Assembly: GCA_963924565.1 (NCBI GenBank) | Contig: OZ004609.1 | Span: 27,714,001-27,778,000 of the forward strand | Reading direction: 5' to 3' | DNA length: 64,000 nucleotides | DNA from: Ascidiella aspersa | Taxonomy: Eukaryota | Shown here: piece after piece, positions 51,611 through 64,000 of the stretch | Layout: every line of letters starts with the position of its first letter | How positions within the stretch are numbered: position 1 is the first letter of the stretch | Notes under the pieces: model-generated | Databases searched by the model: none | Seen by the model: the letters and a program-made list of their open reading frames with translations, nothing else | What the model was told of the DNA's origin: nothing | Made by a program: the position numbers and the translations under genes

Positions 51611-54269
51611 GTTGTACTGTTTTTGTTCCAAACTACTCCATTGTGTTGTTTTCAAATAGTTTTAATCAAATTTGAAAGTCACAATTTAGGCTAACAATCT
51701 AAAACATGTAAAATTTATCATAAATATGTTCTGGAAAATTTGTATGATCATGAACAAATAACAATGTGACATGGTAACAAATCTAGTTATGGTAAAAACT
51801 AATGTATATTTTAATTGATGTAACCTAAACGTAAATCTCTGCTAGGTGAAAAGGTTTTTTGGTGCTGGTCTAGAATCCTACCACATTTTTGGGCGCTGGT
51901 CTTCAATCTTACCCCTGTTTTTTTTCACAATGAAACCAACTGTCAAAAATGAATGAAACAAATTGTCAAAAATGAAATTGCAAGGGAGAAATAAATATGG
52001 CAGATTCAATATAATAATAATACTTAAACCACCAAAACTTGCACCCAAAATAATGCTAGAAATATATTTAACACCCCCTTCTCCCCAAAAAATCAAATGG
52101 ACTCATTACTAGGGCGCACTTTTTGAACGTTAGTTCATCCAGTCACAACTCCTTACTTTAGATTTCCAATTTATCTCAGCCTGGTGTAAAATTGAATAAT
52201 TTCAACCTTTTCTTCTGCCGTTTTGCCAGCGGCTTTAACTAATCAACGCACCGACCACAAGCAATACAGTGCAGTGTTTTGTAAATAAATCTCAGAAGAC
52301 ATGTGTCAAGAACCAATTAATATCTGGACCTAACCGCCTAACTTTTAAGTTATGCTATTAAGTAAAAGTAAAGGGCTTTAAAAAACAATGTGTGGCTAAG
52401 GTTTCCTTGAAACACTATACGCATCTTATTGTAAAGCAAAGTGCGTAAAACCACCGTCTTTTTATTTTTAAGGTAAATGCATTACAGTTTGACTGACTGA
52501 TTACATTGCAAACCGTATGTTACTTAAACCAACGTAAAGTTCGCTGTTAACCACAACGCTACGTGATCGTAATCCCTTTAAACTTCAACAGCCGACAGTC
52601 AACGCGTTTCCTGATGTCTAGTTCACTAGTTATGAACAAACTGTACTGCTGAGTTGACATAGAATGCTTACCATTTATCTAATCGCGCCAAACGAGAGGC
52701 GTAGCGCGACTGCAAAATTTATTTTTAGATGGGAAAGTTAATATCCAAATAAAAATTAAAATCGTTGAACTCAGAAAAAAAAACTTTTACAACATTGTTT
52801 AACTAATTACGAAAAGATTAAACATATTACTAATATTTTGTTATTTTTGGTGTGCTATTTGTAGGGTTGCGTGCAAAAATATACTTTTACACATTTAAAT
52901 TAGGTTTTTAGGATCGGCACTGTTTAACCAACGCCTAGTTAAATAATACAGGCGTTGGTTTAACCATAGAGCACTAATACTAGAGGCGACAGTCGTAAAT
53001 ATCGGCAGATCGGTCACGCTTGGATGAACCGGGTAAGATTCGACCTTTTCCAACACCCGATCCGACTCGTTTAGGTCGCTTCAAGCCGTCTTATAATTTC
53101 ACTTCTTCGGCCTTAAAGCAGTCCCGTGGATGTCCACTGACCCACTGGTGGGTAAACTTGCCTGCTTTATGCCAACAGCTTATTCCACTCGGTTCATAGC
53201 ACTCACGAATCTTCGTGAATGTGATTTACTGGCAAGCGGCTATAGAGAAACGCAATATTTTGCTTTTTTATTACACAAAGGTAACGATTTCACCCGAGAA
53301 TGATGCAAAGATGAACTACTTAAGTAATAACGAATAAAAACAGCAAAAATATATTTAGTTTACGAATAACTAGGAAATACGAAAATGTAGAATTTTTAAT
53401 ATTTTTTTTTAAAACTTATACTCTCGTATAAGGGGACTCCCCATTGTAGCGACCGTAACACTAAAAAATTTCAATTCAGCTTAAAAAGTTGTCTTTCTGT
53501 CAGCACGGTTTTAAAAATTATGAAAAAAGGCAAAAAGTAATTACCTGATCAGTTAACATTTCCTGTCAGCTATGTTTTAGTCATGATAAAGTGTATTATA
53601 TTCGGCCCTGAGGGTGTCATGTAGCCTGCAGAGCCACTGCCTGTACAAGTAGCTTTCCCTGTTATTGCATTGCAGCAATAATATATTGTTGAAAATGTTA
53701 GGCGCAATCTAACCTATAGAAGATGGTTGCTTACTAGTCTTTACTACCGTTTTGGACAGCCTAACGTATAGTAAAGGGCTTTGTTACTCAAATAACGCTA
53801 TACCTGCAGAACGAGTCTGTGACCCGACTACCGCTAACATTCGGTCACATTTTTATTAGTATTTAACTGTTTTCACTAGTCTGGACCTATCACTTATCAA
53901 GAAACACAGCCGTTTAAGCAATCATTTTTTGTGGCTTGTCTAGTTGCCCAGGTCTAAACATGTAGCGAGCCAACATATTTGTAATTATAACTTGTGCGCT
54001 GTGCGTAAATAGACCAAATCTTAGTTTAAAACTGTCCTGGCATATTTCGTTTTCCCCCGAACCAAAGTCAGCAACTGACTAGCTTACCCGCCATCGCCCT
54101 TGTCCCGTATGGAAAATATGACAGATTTTGATGAAATCTTGCGATTGCACTGCCAGAAAATTTGGGATGACCTGATGCAACTAAGGTCAAAACTGCACCC
54201 GCCAATATAATTTGTTGAAAAACTGCTATTATGCTATTATATTCATTTTCAAGGGTTGAAGGTCTAGTC

Positions 54270-54832
54270 CATTGTTTCTTAACCTTTTGACTTGGTGGCA
54301 CACCTAAAGACGTATGAAAACGTGGCGGCGCACCTTGTGAGCGAAGCGAGCGAGAATTTTTTTAGGTGTACCCGGTATTTCTCTTACTGCAATTTTTCAA
54401 ATATTGTTTAATAGTTGCATATCTTTAAAGGGACTCCAGTGTTTAAGACTGAAAACGTTATTTTGTCCATTTAAGTCTTATTCCGATTAATTTTGGACTT
54501 ATTTTGACATGTTTAGGTCTTATCTAGACTATTTTAGATCTTATTCTGTCGTGGTTATTACTGCGAATATGGCGTTATTTTTTCGGTGGTCTTAATAGGC
54601 CAACTATGAAAGCCTGTTATAGATTAATTATATGATTTAGATATTGCTGCTTTGTAGGCTTATTGAGTTTTCCACTTGAAAGCCTTGTGAAGTCAATGAG
54701 CTAAGTTAATTGGAAAGTAAAAAATATGTTTTATATAATAGGACCTACATTATTTTTTCTTTTTGTTTGCGGCGCACCTGGCAGCCTTCCATGGCGCACC
54801 AGTGCGCCGGGCGCACCGGTTGAGAAACGCTG
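54270..54832. mobile_element. hAT MITE
   Basis: CATTGTTTCTTAACC ... GGTTGAGAAACGCTG; perfect TSD GTCTAGTC; GGCGCACC subterminal motifs; carries decayed TAGGTCTTATT repeats. Confidence 0.85.
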
Positions 54833-55801
54833 GTCTAGTCTGTTAAAAATAATTGTGGGTGCACTTGTCATACTTTCCATGATGGACTCTTGTGCTATAA
54901 TATAGTTTAACACAGCTACTGGAAATACACCCAACCATACACAACAATCATATTGCAATACTTGCGAGACATGTTCTTGCTGCACTGTGAACTGTATTTA
55001 TTAAAAGCAGAGCTATGCTGAATTTTTTTAATTTACATATTTTCAATAACCTGACTATCGCTACACTGACAATATGCACTTTAAAACACTGAGGCAGTTT
55101 CTTCAGTTTTGATCTTTTTTGTGTTGGCTCATGGACTGCCTCCTTAAACGACTCTTGATAACTATCACATTCACTGTAATGTGTTTTAAAAAATGGTGTG
55201 CTTAGGAGTATTTTTTTACTTTTGCTCATTGTAGCATCATAGTGCCACCGTGCTATACATCCCCCAAAATCTATACTGCATTAAACTGTTTATGCCCCAA
55301 ATGCTGTGCATACTATCGTATGTTGAGCTGTGTGACTTATAAATGCTACAAAGTAAATTTTTATTAAATGAAACTATAAACTTTTTGCACTAAACGTCTA
55401 ATTGTTAGTATTAAGTGTTTTATGACAAAAACTCTGTGATATAATTCGCTTCATGTGCTGGGCCTTTAAAAGCTCTTGAAAGAGCATTTTGGGCAGCGAC
55501 AAAAAAGTTTGTAGGCCACTGCTTAAAGAACATTGTACCCAAGTTGGAAAGTTTGCCTTATCTTATGCAGTTGCACTTTGTGCATTTTATGGAAATTTAC
55601 TGTGGAATCAGATTAACTCCACAATCACAATATAAAACCCCTAGTACAGTTTTCAGTTGAACTTTATCTAAACTAGACAAATTGCATTTGTAAGGTTATT
55701 ACAGCCTATTCTGTTCTCCAGGACAGGTGCACACCCAAATTAGTAAATTATAGAAAAAGATTTAGTTGTGATTGGATTCCAAACTATAATAAACATTAAA
55801 C

Positions 55802-56301
55802 CAGGGGTGTCCAACTCAAACATGCCGGAGTGCCAATTTTTATCTTATAACTTCTTCCCGTGCCAAAGTATCGTAACCGAACCAATTCTTTTTAATCATA
55901 AAAGCGTTTTTTTACCAATAATCAGAATGTTTATTTAAACTTGAAAAATAACTATCTAGTAGAAAGGCGCAGCCCTACATCAAAGTGTCTCTCGGTGAGC
56001 TGACTTTTGTTTCTTTACACCAAGCTATATAATATATGTGAATGCTAGCCTCCACACAGTATAATGTTACTATATCAAAAGTAATTGTTGGTTGTCGTGA
56101 TTGCCGCGATTGTTTTATATTGTGAACAAACAATGGCAATTGGTTGTATAACAAACTTAATATTTTCTGAAAATTGGCTCTATAACAAATTGAGCTTTTT
56201 TGTCAATTGGCTAAATAACAATTTTAGTGTTTTTTGGGCAGGGCTTGCGTGTTTTTTTATTAGGTCGCGTGCCAAATGTGGCACCTTGTTGGACACCCCT
56301 G
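55802..56301. mobile_element. hAT MITE (500 bp)
   Basis: TIR CAGGGGTGTCCAAC / GTTGGACACCCCTG; perfect TSD CATTAAAC. Confidence 0.92.
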
Positions 56302-57074
56302 CATTAAACCTTGGCCCAACTGAAAATTTGATGCCACTCACCTGAGGTCTTGACCAAATGTGCCATGAAATGCTGACTGAAAACAACACATTTAACGGTT
56401 ACTAATACTATTTTACCTTGCCAATCCTGTCTTCGACATGTAACTTGGTATCATTACAATTTTATTTTAATCACATGTGATAACTATGCAGTGCAAAGCG
56501 ATTTAGTAGAGTCAGAGCTTTATTATTCATGATATACTTTTAAAAAGGCAATACAGCAATCAACCGCAAAACTATTTGCTAACATTTATATTAATATCAT
56601 GAAATTAAAACAAATATTCAACATTATAAACAACTGACATTTCAAAAAGTTGTATAAATTGTAGACCATAACTACCAACAAAAAATATCATAACAGAAAC
56701 ACCTGGTTGTTGCCCAAACTTAATTTTTTGTTTATTTAATGAGTGCGGTGCAGCAAAATGAGCTCTTTACAAAGGGGGGGGGGGGGAACTGTTGTATTGT
56801 ATTTAAGTTTTGCTACAACTGATCTGGTTAATCAGCTGAATATGATGCTGAAAATAACATGTTACTATTTGCCATTAATATCTTATTATCACTGGGTAAA
56901 TACACTGTAAAGTAACCTTTGTTAACCTCGAGTAACCCCACATAAATATTATTATTAGGCGAAGGTTAACAGCAAATAATTAGAAAAACGCTGGTGTCGC
57001 AGTACATGGCTACCTTTATAGCAAGTACAGTAATTGTTTCGCCACTGCTACAGACCTTTATTCAAACTTGCCAC

Positions 57075-57510
57075 TTGCGTATGTACAATTAGGAGCAACT
57101 CTTTGCACTCCAAGCTCAACCTATACTTCAAGCTAAAAACTATATTGGTTCCAACCATCAAATACAGCAAAATTAGATACAATATAAGCTTAAAGATTCT
57201 CTATTAAATATTGAATATCCCTATGTTTAACCCACTCTTCAGCTAAGCATAATGGGTGCAACAAATTCAGTCTGCAATTTCATTAATATTTTTAATTGCG
57301 TATGTACAATTGAGGCAATTCTTTGCTGTAAAACTTGAACTATATTGGTTTGAACATCCAAAACAGAGAAATTAGATGCAATATAAATTTGGATTTGAAT
57401 CTTAAGACCCTTTATTAAATATTAAATATCCCTATGTTTAACCAACTGTTTAGATAATCGTAATAGGTGCAACAAATGTCCATCAACAATTTCATTAATA
57501 TTTTAATTAC
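57075..57510. repeat. Diverged ~220-bp tandem duplication
   Basis: TTGCGTATGTACAATT...AACTATATTGGTT...AATATCCCTATGTTTAACC...GGTGCAACAAAT...CAATTTCATTAATATT occurs twice, head to tail. Confidence 0.85.
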
Positions 57511-59452
57511 TTTTTGATAAACTGTCCAATACAAATCAGTTATTTTTTCGGGTTTACAAATCTCTTTAATGCATAGGTGATATTTTAGTTATATCTAAAT
57601 AACAAACAGCTATGAAAATGACTCAGAAAAACAAGACTCTTGTTATTTTAGAAAAATGTTGTTGGAAATATCTCTTATTGCAAGACAGAATCACAATTAG
57701 GTTTAATGTTACTTTATACCACTGGATTCTAAATAAAAAATTATATGTAATTTTTTGTACTGACATTATTTGAGACTACTAAATTATTTTCCCTGGATTT
57801 TTACACATTATCAGCAAAGATGTACAGTGTAATTTATACTTATGTCTTATCGATAGATAACTTTTAAGTATTTCAACCAGCACTTCTGCTAAACTATATA
57901 TTGCCCTTCAAACTTCATGAGCATTTTAAGGCATTTTGCTAATAAAGTGTATCTGTACTGGTACAACATTCTCGATTACTAGATAATATTGGTATTTTGG
58001 AGTTCTAACAACCTGTTTATATTTGTGTCATTAATTGGAAAATACCAATCAAATTTTAACTACACTTCTGTTTTAATTTTTACATATTTTTAATAAACAA
58101 ATCCTATTAGAATGTTGACTAAAAAAACAACATGACTAGGCATTTGTTTAAAGAATTGCTTTGCCTGTATTAAAATTGGGGTTTGAAGGAATAGATTTAA
58201 ACAAAAAAATCAGCTTCTAGACATTTTGTTAGATAACAGGAATCCTAGTTCCTTTTTTCAGCTTTAGGAAAAATTACTTACAAATTGGTCACTTGCTTAA
58301 ATCCTATAGATGACATGTGGAACAGTTTAACATTAGTTTTTTAATCAGGATTGTTTTTCTTTAATTTGTTTTTTAGAATTCAGCAATAGTCTATCAAAAT
58401 GTAAAGTTGCTTTTCTCTGAAGAACTGATACCAAATGATAAACATGATATTATTATGCTACATGTTATGATAAACCAGATGAGATGAATATTGAGGATAC
58501 ATCATTGTAAAATAATTGATCAATCAATACAAACAGGTGTTTAAAATTAAAATGACTAAGTTTCATATTTCATAAAACTGTGGATTTCAGTGTTGAAATT
58601 ATAATGCCTAAAATAAAGCTAATGATGTTTTCTAACTACCTATTCTGTTTATATATTTGCATATACATTCAATGGGTATCTTACAATCCTACAGTTTGTT
58701 GTAACTTAGTAATGTTAAGAGGGATTTTGCTACCAATAGCACTTTCACTATTTCTTTTTCAGTTTTAGTCAGATATTGACGTTAAAGTTTGCCCACCATA
58801 TACTTTAATATTTACTGCCAGATAATAACAACTTCTGTATATATGTATGTACAGAGCAACTTGAGGGATTCCAATGTCAGCTTAACAAAGACAACCAATT
58901 TCAAGTTAAGCACAACACGCTTTCTCGCAAACTAATGTTGCTTGATTAAAGATTTATTCAAGCGTTTCAAGAATGCTACATAGTTCTCTATGGGCTTTGA
59001 TTTTGTTTAAGCCAACTACAACCTCTAGTTTGTGTTCCAAGCTCGTAGACTAATTTGTTAAAAAACTAATATGTTTCAAAAAAGGAATAATTTGTCACTC
59101 GCATTACAAGTGCATGTATGTTTAGTTTATGCGTTTATTTTTGTACATTATTTTTCATTTTTGCTACATGACGTTAATTAATTAATATTTTCAATAGTGC
59201 ATGATGTTTTTAAGGGGTTAAATAGCAATTGTACGAATTCGTCAACGGTTTGTTAAGTTGAACAAAGCTTAACTACCACTTATTTACCCAAATTGACATC
59301 CCTATTCCAACCCTTAACCTAACCCTTAATAATTTTATAAACAAACAGATCAGTGCCCAATCTTCCCATTGCTCTCTAAGCTAAATATTTTGATGTTTTG
59401 ATTTCAACGTAAGGGTATTTTGGTTGGCCACGGTCTACTCCGTCTTTGGATT

Positions 59453-62400
59453 ATATTTAGGCTTCATAAAAACTCTTTTTATTGCTATTTTTGGGCTAAT
59501 GGTGCTTGTTCTTGCTTTTCTATTACGCTGTGGAATAAGCTTAACTGCCATATGTATTTCTTCTTCGATTTGTGTCTCTTACTCACTAATTGGCTCACAC
59601 TTTTGTTAAGAATTGCAACTTTCTCATTGACAATTTAGAACAAACTACTATGCCATGTAAAAAGTATCTGTTTTGTGTTGCTTTTGGGTGATATTGTTTA
59701 TTTTTTTCCGTATTAATCTGTTTTGTAACGTTCTACTCTGAAACGGTTATCAATTTGGGGCGGCCTTCATTTTAAACGTCATTTTGAATATGCTTCCGTG
59801 TAAAAAAACAAATACTTTTCAAGTTATTCACTAACTTGATCGATTAATATTGTCATAAATCGTCATCTCTTGTCGTATAACGTGCCAAGAGTAAAATTTG
59901 ATTGTGCTTAATAATATGAAATAAAGAAAACAGTTGTTAATGAAAGGCGATTTTAATGCTGTTAACAAGTCATTTAGAAATGTAGTCCCAGTCAAATCAA
60001 GAAAACCATTACGTGGTAAATAACGTGGTATTACAAAAAAATATTTCAAGAATGTTCTTAAATAAAAAAGTCTGGTATTTTTGACTAAAACGCTAAAATG
60101 TCAAGTCTTCAAAAACTAAAACTTGAGTGCATTTTATCATAGGAATACAATGTTGAGGAAAATACAGCTGTTGTGTTATGTAGTAATCAAGTGACCTTGC
60201 GGGCAACAATTAAGTTTTGCGAGCCAAGTTTAAAAACGACTTGGATAACTTATTGTTATCTAATATACTTTTAAGAAAAGCAAAGAATTTAGTGTAAAGC
60301 AGGTTTAGTTACGTTATTTTGAAATAGAAGGTAAAAATGTAACAAATCACATGTTTTTTTCCGCTTTTGTGTAACGTGCACGACGGAAAAATTTTATCTA
60401 TCTGCATCTATGCTTATTCCTTACATATTTGTGTTGGTGTTTTACCAATTTTTATTAAGAATGGTTTAATCTTGCTTTAAAATAAATCCGTCGTATGCTT
60501 GGTCAGCTGTGTTGTAGTGTTTCAGTGCAGACGACGTTTAATACGCCCTCGCAAATTGTACAAACGACCTTGTTATTGCGGTGAATTCTATCGCAACCTT
60601 GCGGATTACATAATTCTGTGATTTTGTCAATTTATATAAAATGTTTAAATCGAATTTTATGCCTAAGCCTCGACAGATATAATTAAGACAGATGTACAAC
60701 GTGCTAAAATATCAAAATTTTTATCGATTAGGCCTAAATTTTACCTCAGTAAATATTGTAAGGTTTTATAACAACAGGAACCTAAAATGCATAGCTCTGC
60801 TGTATTACTTGGGTTATCTCGACATTTTTTTTAAATAAGATAATCTTAGTGGTACAACAGTGAGAAAAATGATTGAGATGAACTTTCACAAGAGATACAA
60901 ACATTTTGAGACCGAGATAAACACTTAATTAGTATTAACGTATTTGAAAATCGACGCATTATTTTTATGATCAAAATATAGATTCCGAGCTTTCCAAAGG
61001 AAATGAGTCAAACACGAAATCTGTATTTTGATCGCGAAGTTACTAAGTCGATATCAAAACTTATATTCCGATCAGTGTCGATCTTGAAATGTCCATCAAG
61101 TTTCTGAAGTAAATAAGTCAAACACGAAATCTGTATTTCGATTATGAAGTTAATAGGTGGATATCGAAGCTTATATTCCGATCAGTGTCGATCTTGAAAT
61201 ATCCATCTACTTTCCAAAGGAAATGAGTCAAACACGAAATCTGTATTTTGATCGCGAAGTTACTAAGTCGATATCAAAACTTATATTCCGATCAGTGTCG
61301 ATCTTGAAATGTCCATCAAGTTTCTGAAGTAAATAAGTCAAACACGAAATCTGTATTTCGATTATGAAGTTAATAGGTGGATATCGAAGCTTATATTCCG
61401 ATCAGTGTCGATCTTGAAATATCCATCTACTTTCCAAAGGAAATGAGTCAAACACGAAATCTGTATTTCGATTATGAAGTTAATAGGTGGATATCGAAGC
61501 TTATATTCCGATCAGTGTCGATCTTGAAATATCCATCTACTTTCCAAAGGAAATGAGTCAAACACGAAATCTGTATTTCGATTATGAAGTTAATAGGTGG
61601 ATATCGAAGCTTATATTCCGATCAGTGTCGATCTTGAAATATCCATCAAGTTTCTGAAGTAAATAAGTCAAACACGAAATCTGTATTTCGATTATGAAGT
61701 TAATAGGTGGATATCGAAGCTTATATTCCGATCAGTGTCGATCTTGAAATATCCATCTACTTTCCAAAGGAAATGAGTCAAACACGAAATCTGTATTTTG
61801 ATCGCGAAGTTACTAAGTCGATATCAAAACTTATATTCCGATCAGTGTCGATCTTGAAATGTCCATCAAGTTTCTGAAGGAAATAAGTCAAACACGAAAT
61901 CTGTATTTCGATTATGAAGTTAATAGGTGGATATCAAAACTTATATTCCGATCAGTGTCGATCTTGAAATGTTAGTCTCATTTCGGAAGTAAATAAGTCA
62001 AACACGAAATCTGTATTTTGATCGCGAAGTTACTAAGTCGATATCAAAACTTATATTCCGATCAGTGTCGATCTTGAAATGTCCATCTAGTTTCCAAAGG
62101 AAATAAGTCAAACCCGAAATCTGTATTTTGATTGCGAAGTTACTAAGTCGATATCGAAGCTTATATTCCGATTAGTGTCGATCTTGAAATATCCATCTAC
62201 TTTCCAAAGGAAATGAGTCAAACACGAAATCTGTTTTCCGATCAATGTCGATATTGAAATGTTCCTCTCGTTTCGGAAGTAAATGATTTAAACTCGGAAT
62301 CTATATTTCGATCGTGAAAACAATGCGTCGATTTTTAAATGTTTGTCACGTTTGCGAAGTAAATATTCAACCCTTTAATAGTGAATCAAATGAAATGACC

Positions 62401-64000
62401 TTAATTGTTCGGGCCGTTTTTAATGCAATAAACTAAACTTACAATCTGTATCACGATTCAAGAAATGGATATTGAGATTAAAATATTATATGTCCATTGT
62501 AAAGCGAACACGTTAATACTAATTAAGTGTTTATCTCGGTCTCAAAATGTTTGTATCTCTTGTGATAGTTCATCTCAATCATTTTTTCCACTAATGTAAC
62601 ACTTAGATTATCTTATTTAAAAAAAATGTCGAGATAAACCAAGCAATACAGCAGAGCTATACATTTTAGGCTCCTGTTGTTATAAAACCTTACAATATTT
62701 TTTGTTATAAAACGGAACCTTAGAATATTTTTGAGGTAAAATTTAGGCCTAATCGATAAAAACTTCGATATTTTAGGACGTTGTACATCTGTCCTAATTA
62801 TATCTGTTGGAGCTTAGGCATAAAATTCCACTAAAATATTTTATATAAATTGACGAAATCGCAGAATTATGTAATCCGCAAGGTGGCGATAGAATTCACC
62901 GCAATAACAAGGTCGTTTGTACAATTTGCAAAGGCGAATTAAACGTCGTCTGCACTGAAACACCACAACCCAGCTGACCGGATTTGTTTCAAAACAAGAT
63001 TAAACCATTCTTAATAAAAATTGGTAAAACACCAGTGCAAATATCCAAATTAATAGGCATAGATGTAGAGTGATGAAATTTTTCCATCGTGTACGTTAAA
63101 CAAAAGCGGAAAAAATATGTGATATGTTAAATTTTTAACACTATATTTTAAAAGAACGTGACTAAACCTGCTTTACACTGAATTCTTTGCTTTTATTAAA
63201 AGTGAATTAGATAACAATAAGTTATCGAAGTCGTTTTTAAACTTGGCTCGCACAACTTAATTGTTGCCCACAAGGTCACAAGATCACTACACTACACAAC
63301 ATGGAGCTGTTTTTTCCTCAACAATGTATTTCTATGATAAAGTGCACTTAAATTTTAGTTTTTTTGTAATAACACGTTATTTAGTAATATTTTGTAATAA
63401 CACGTTATTTACCACGTAATAGTTTTCTTGATTTAACTAGCACTACATTTCTAAATAACTTGGTAACAGCATTAAAATCGTATTTTATTAACAACTGTTT
63501 TGTTTATTTCATATTATTAGGCACAATCAAATTTTACTCTTGGCTAGTTATACTACGCAGGAGATGACGATTTATGACAATATTAATCGATCAAGTTAAT
63601 GACTACGGTCAAAAGTATTTGTTTTTTTGCACAGAAGCATATTCAAAACAATGTTAAAAAGAAGGCCGCCCTACATTGATAACTGTTTCTTACCATTTCA
63701 GAGTAGAACGTTAAAAACACAGACAAATACGGAAAAAATAAACAATATTACCCAAAAGCAACACAAAACAGATACTTTTTACATGGCATAGTAGTTTGTT
63801 CTAAATTGACGAAAAGAAAGTTGCAATTCTTAACAAAAGTGTGAGCCAATTAGTGAGTAAGAGTCACAAATCTAAGTAGAAAAACATATACCAATGACAG
63901 ATGAGCTTATTATTACACAGCGTAATAGAAAAGCGTAACGAGAATAAGCACCATTAGCGCAAAATAGCAATAAAATAACGTTTTTATGAAACCCAAATGT
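59453..64000. mobile_element. Large foldback element: inverted arms of about 1.5 kb or more around a satellite core; truncated by the window end
   Basis: 59453-60941 is the reverse complement of 62510-64000 with substitutions and small indels. No ORF of 60 aa or more lies in the core. Confidence 0.88.
60990..62360. repeat. 110-bp tandem satellite, 11 full units plus partial units
   Basis: AAAT(G/A)AGTCAAAC(A/C)CGAAATCTGT recurs at 61001, 61111, 61221 ... 62101 and 62211; two unit variants. Confidence 0.97.

Noticed and set aside
60990-62360. CRISPR-like array
   Set aside because: The variable segments are two recurring variants, not unique spacers. The context is eukaryotic and there are no cas genes. 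It is a satellite.

Overview
AT-rich, intron-containing animal genomic DNA; gene style suggests an ascidian/tunicate-like invertebrate chordate (inference). Five protein-coding genes were assembled by hand from GT-AG exons: the 5' part of a secreted or surface LDL-receptor class A repeat protein (minus strand, runs off the left edge), an orphan 127-aa single-pass membrane protein with PPAY/PPPY motifs (-), a Josephin deubiquitinase (+), dUTPase (-) and a 15-exon xylosyltransferase (-). Mobile DNA fills the gaps: a 3-kb CACTG/EnSpm deletion derivative, a full-length dead APE-RT LINE with a 12-bp TSD nested in a Tx1/L1 remnant, many hAT, PIF and MULE-like MITEs, and a Helitron end. The right end holds a foldback structure with inverted arms of about 1.5 kb or more around a 110-bp satellite. 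The most notable unexplained items are that foldback/satellite, a candidate HDV-like ribozyme at the LINE 5' end, a tRNA-half-containing hairpin in a Josephin intron, the PY-motif orphan gene, and an apparent CpG/GC switch inside the xylosyltransferase gene. All coordinates were read by eye; no database searches or folding computations were run.
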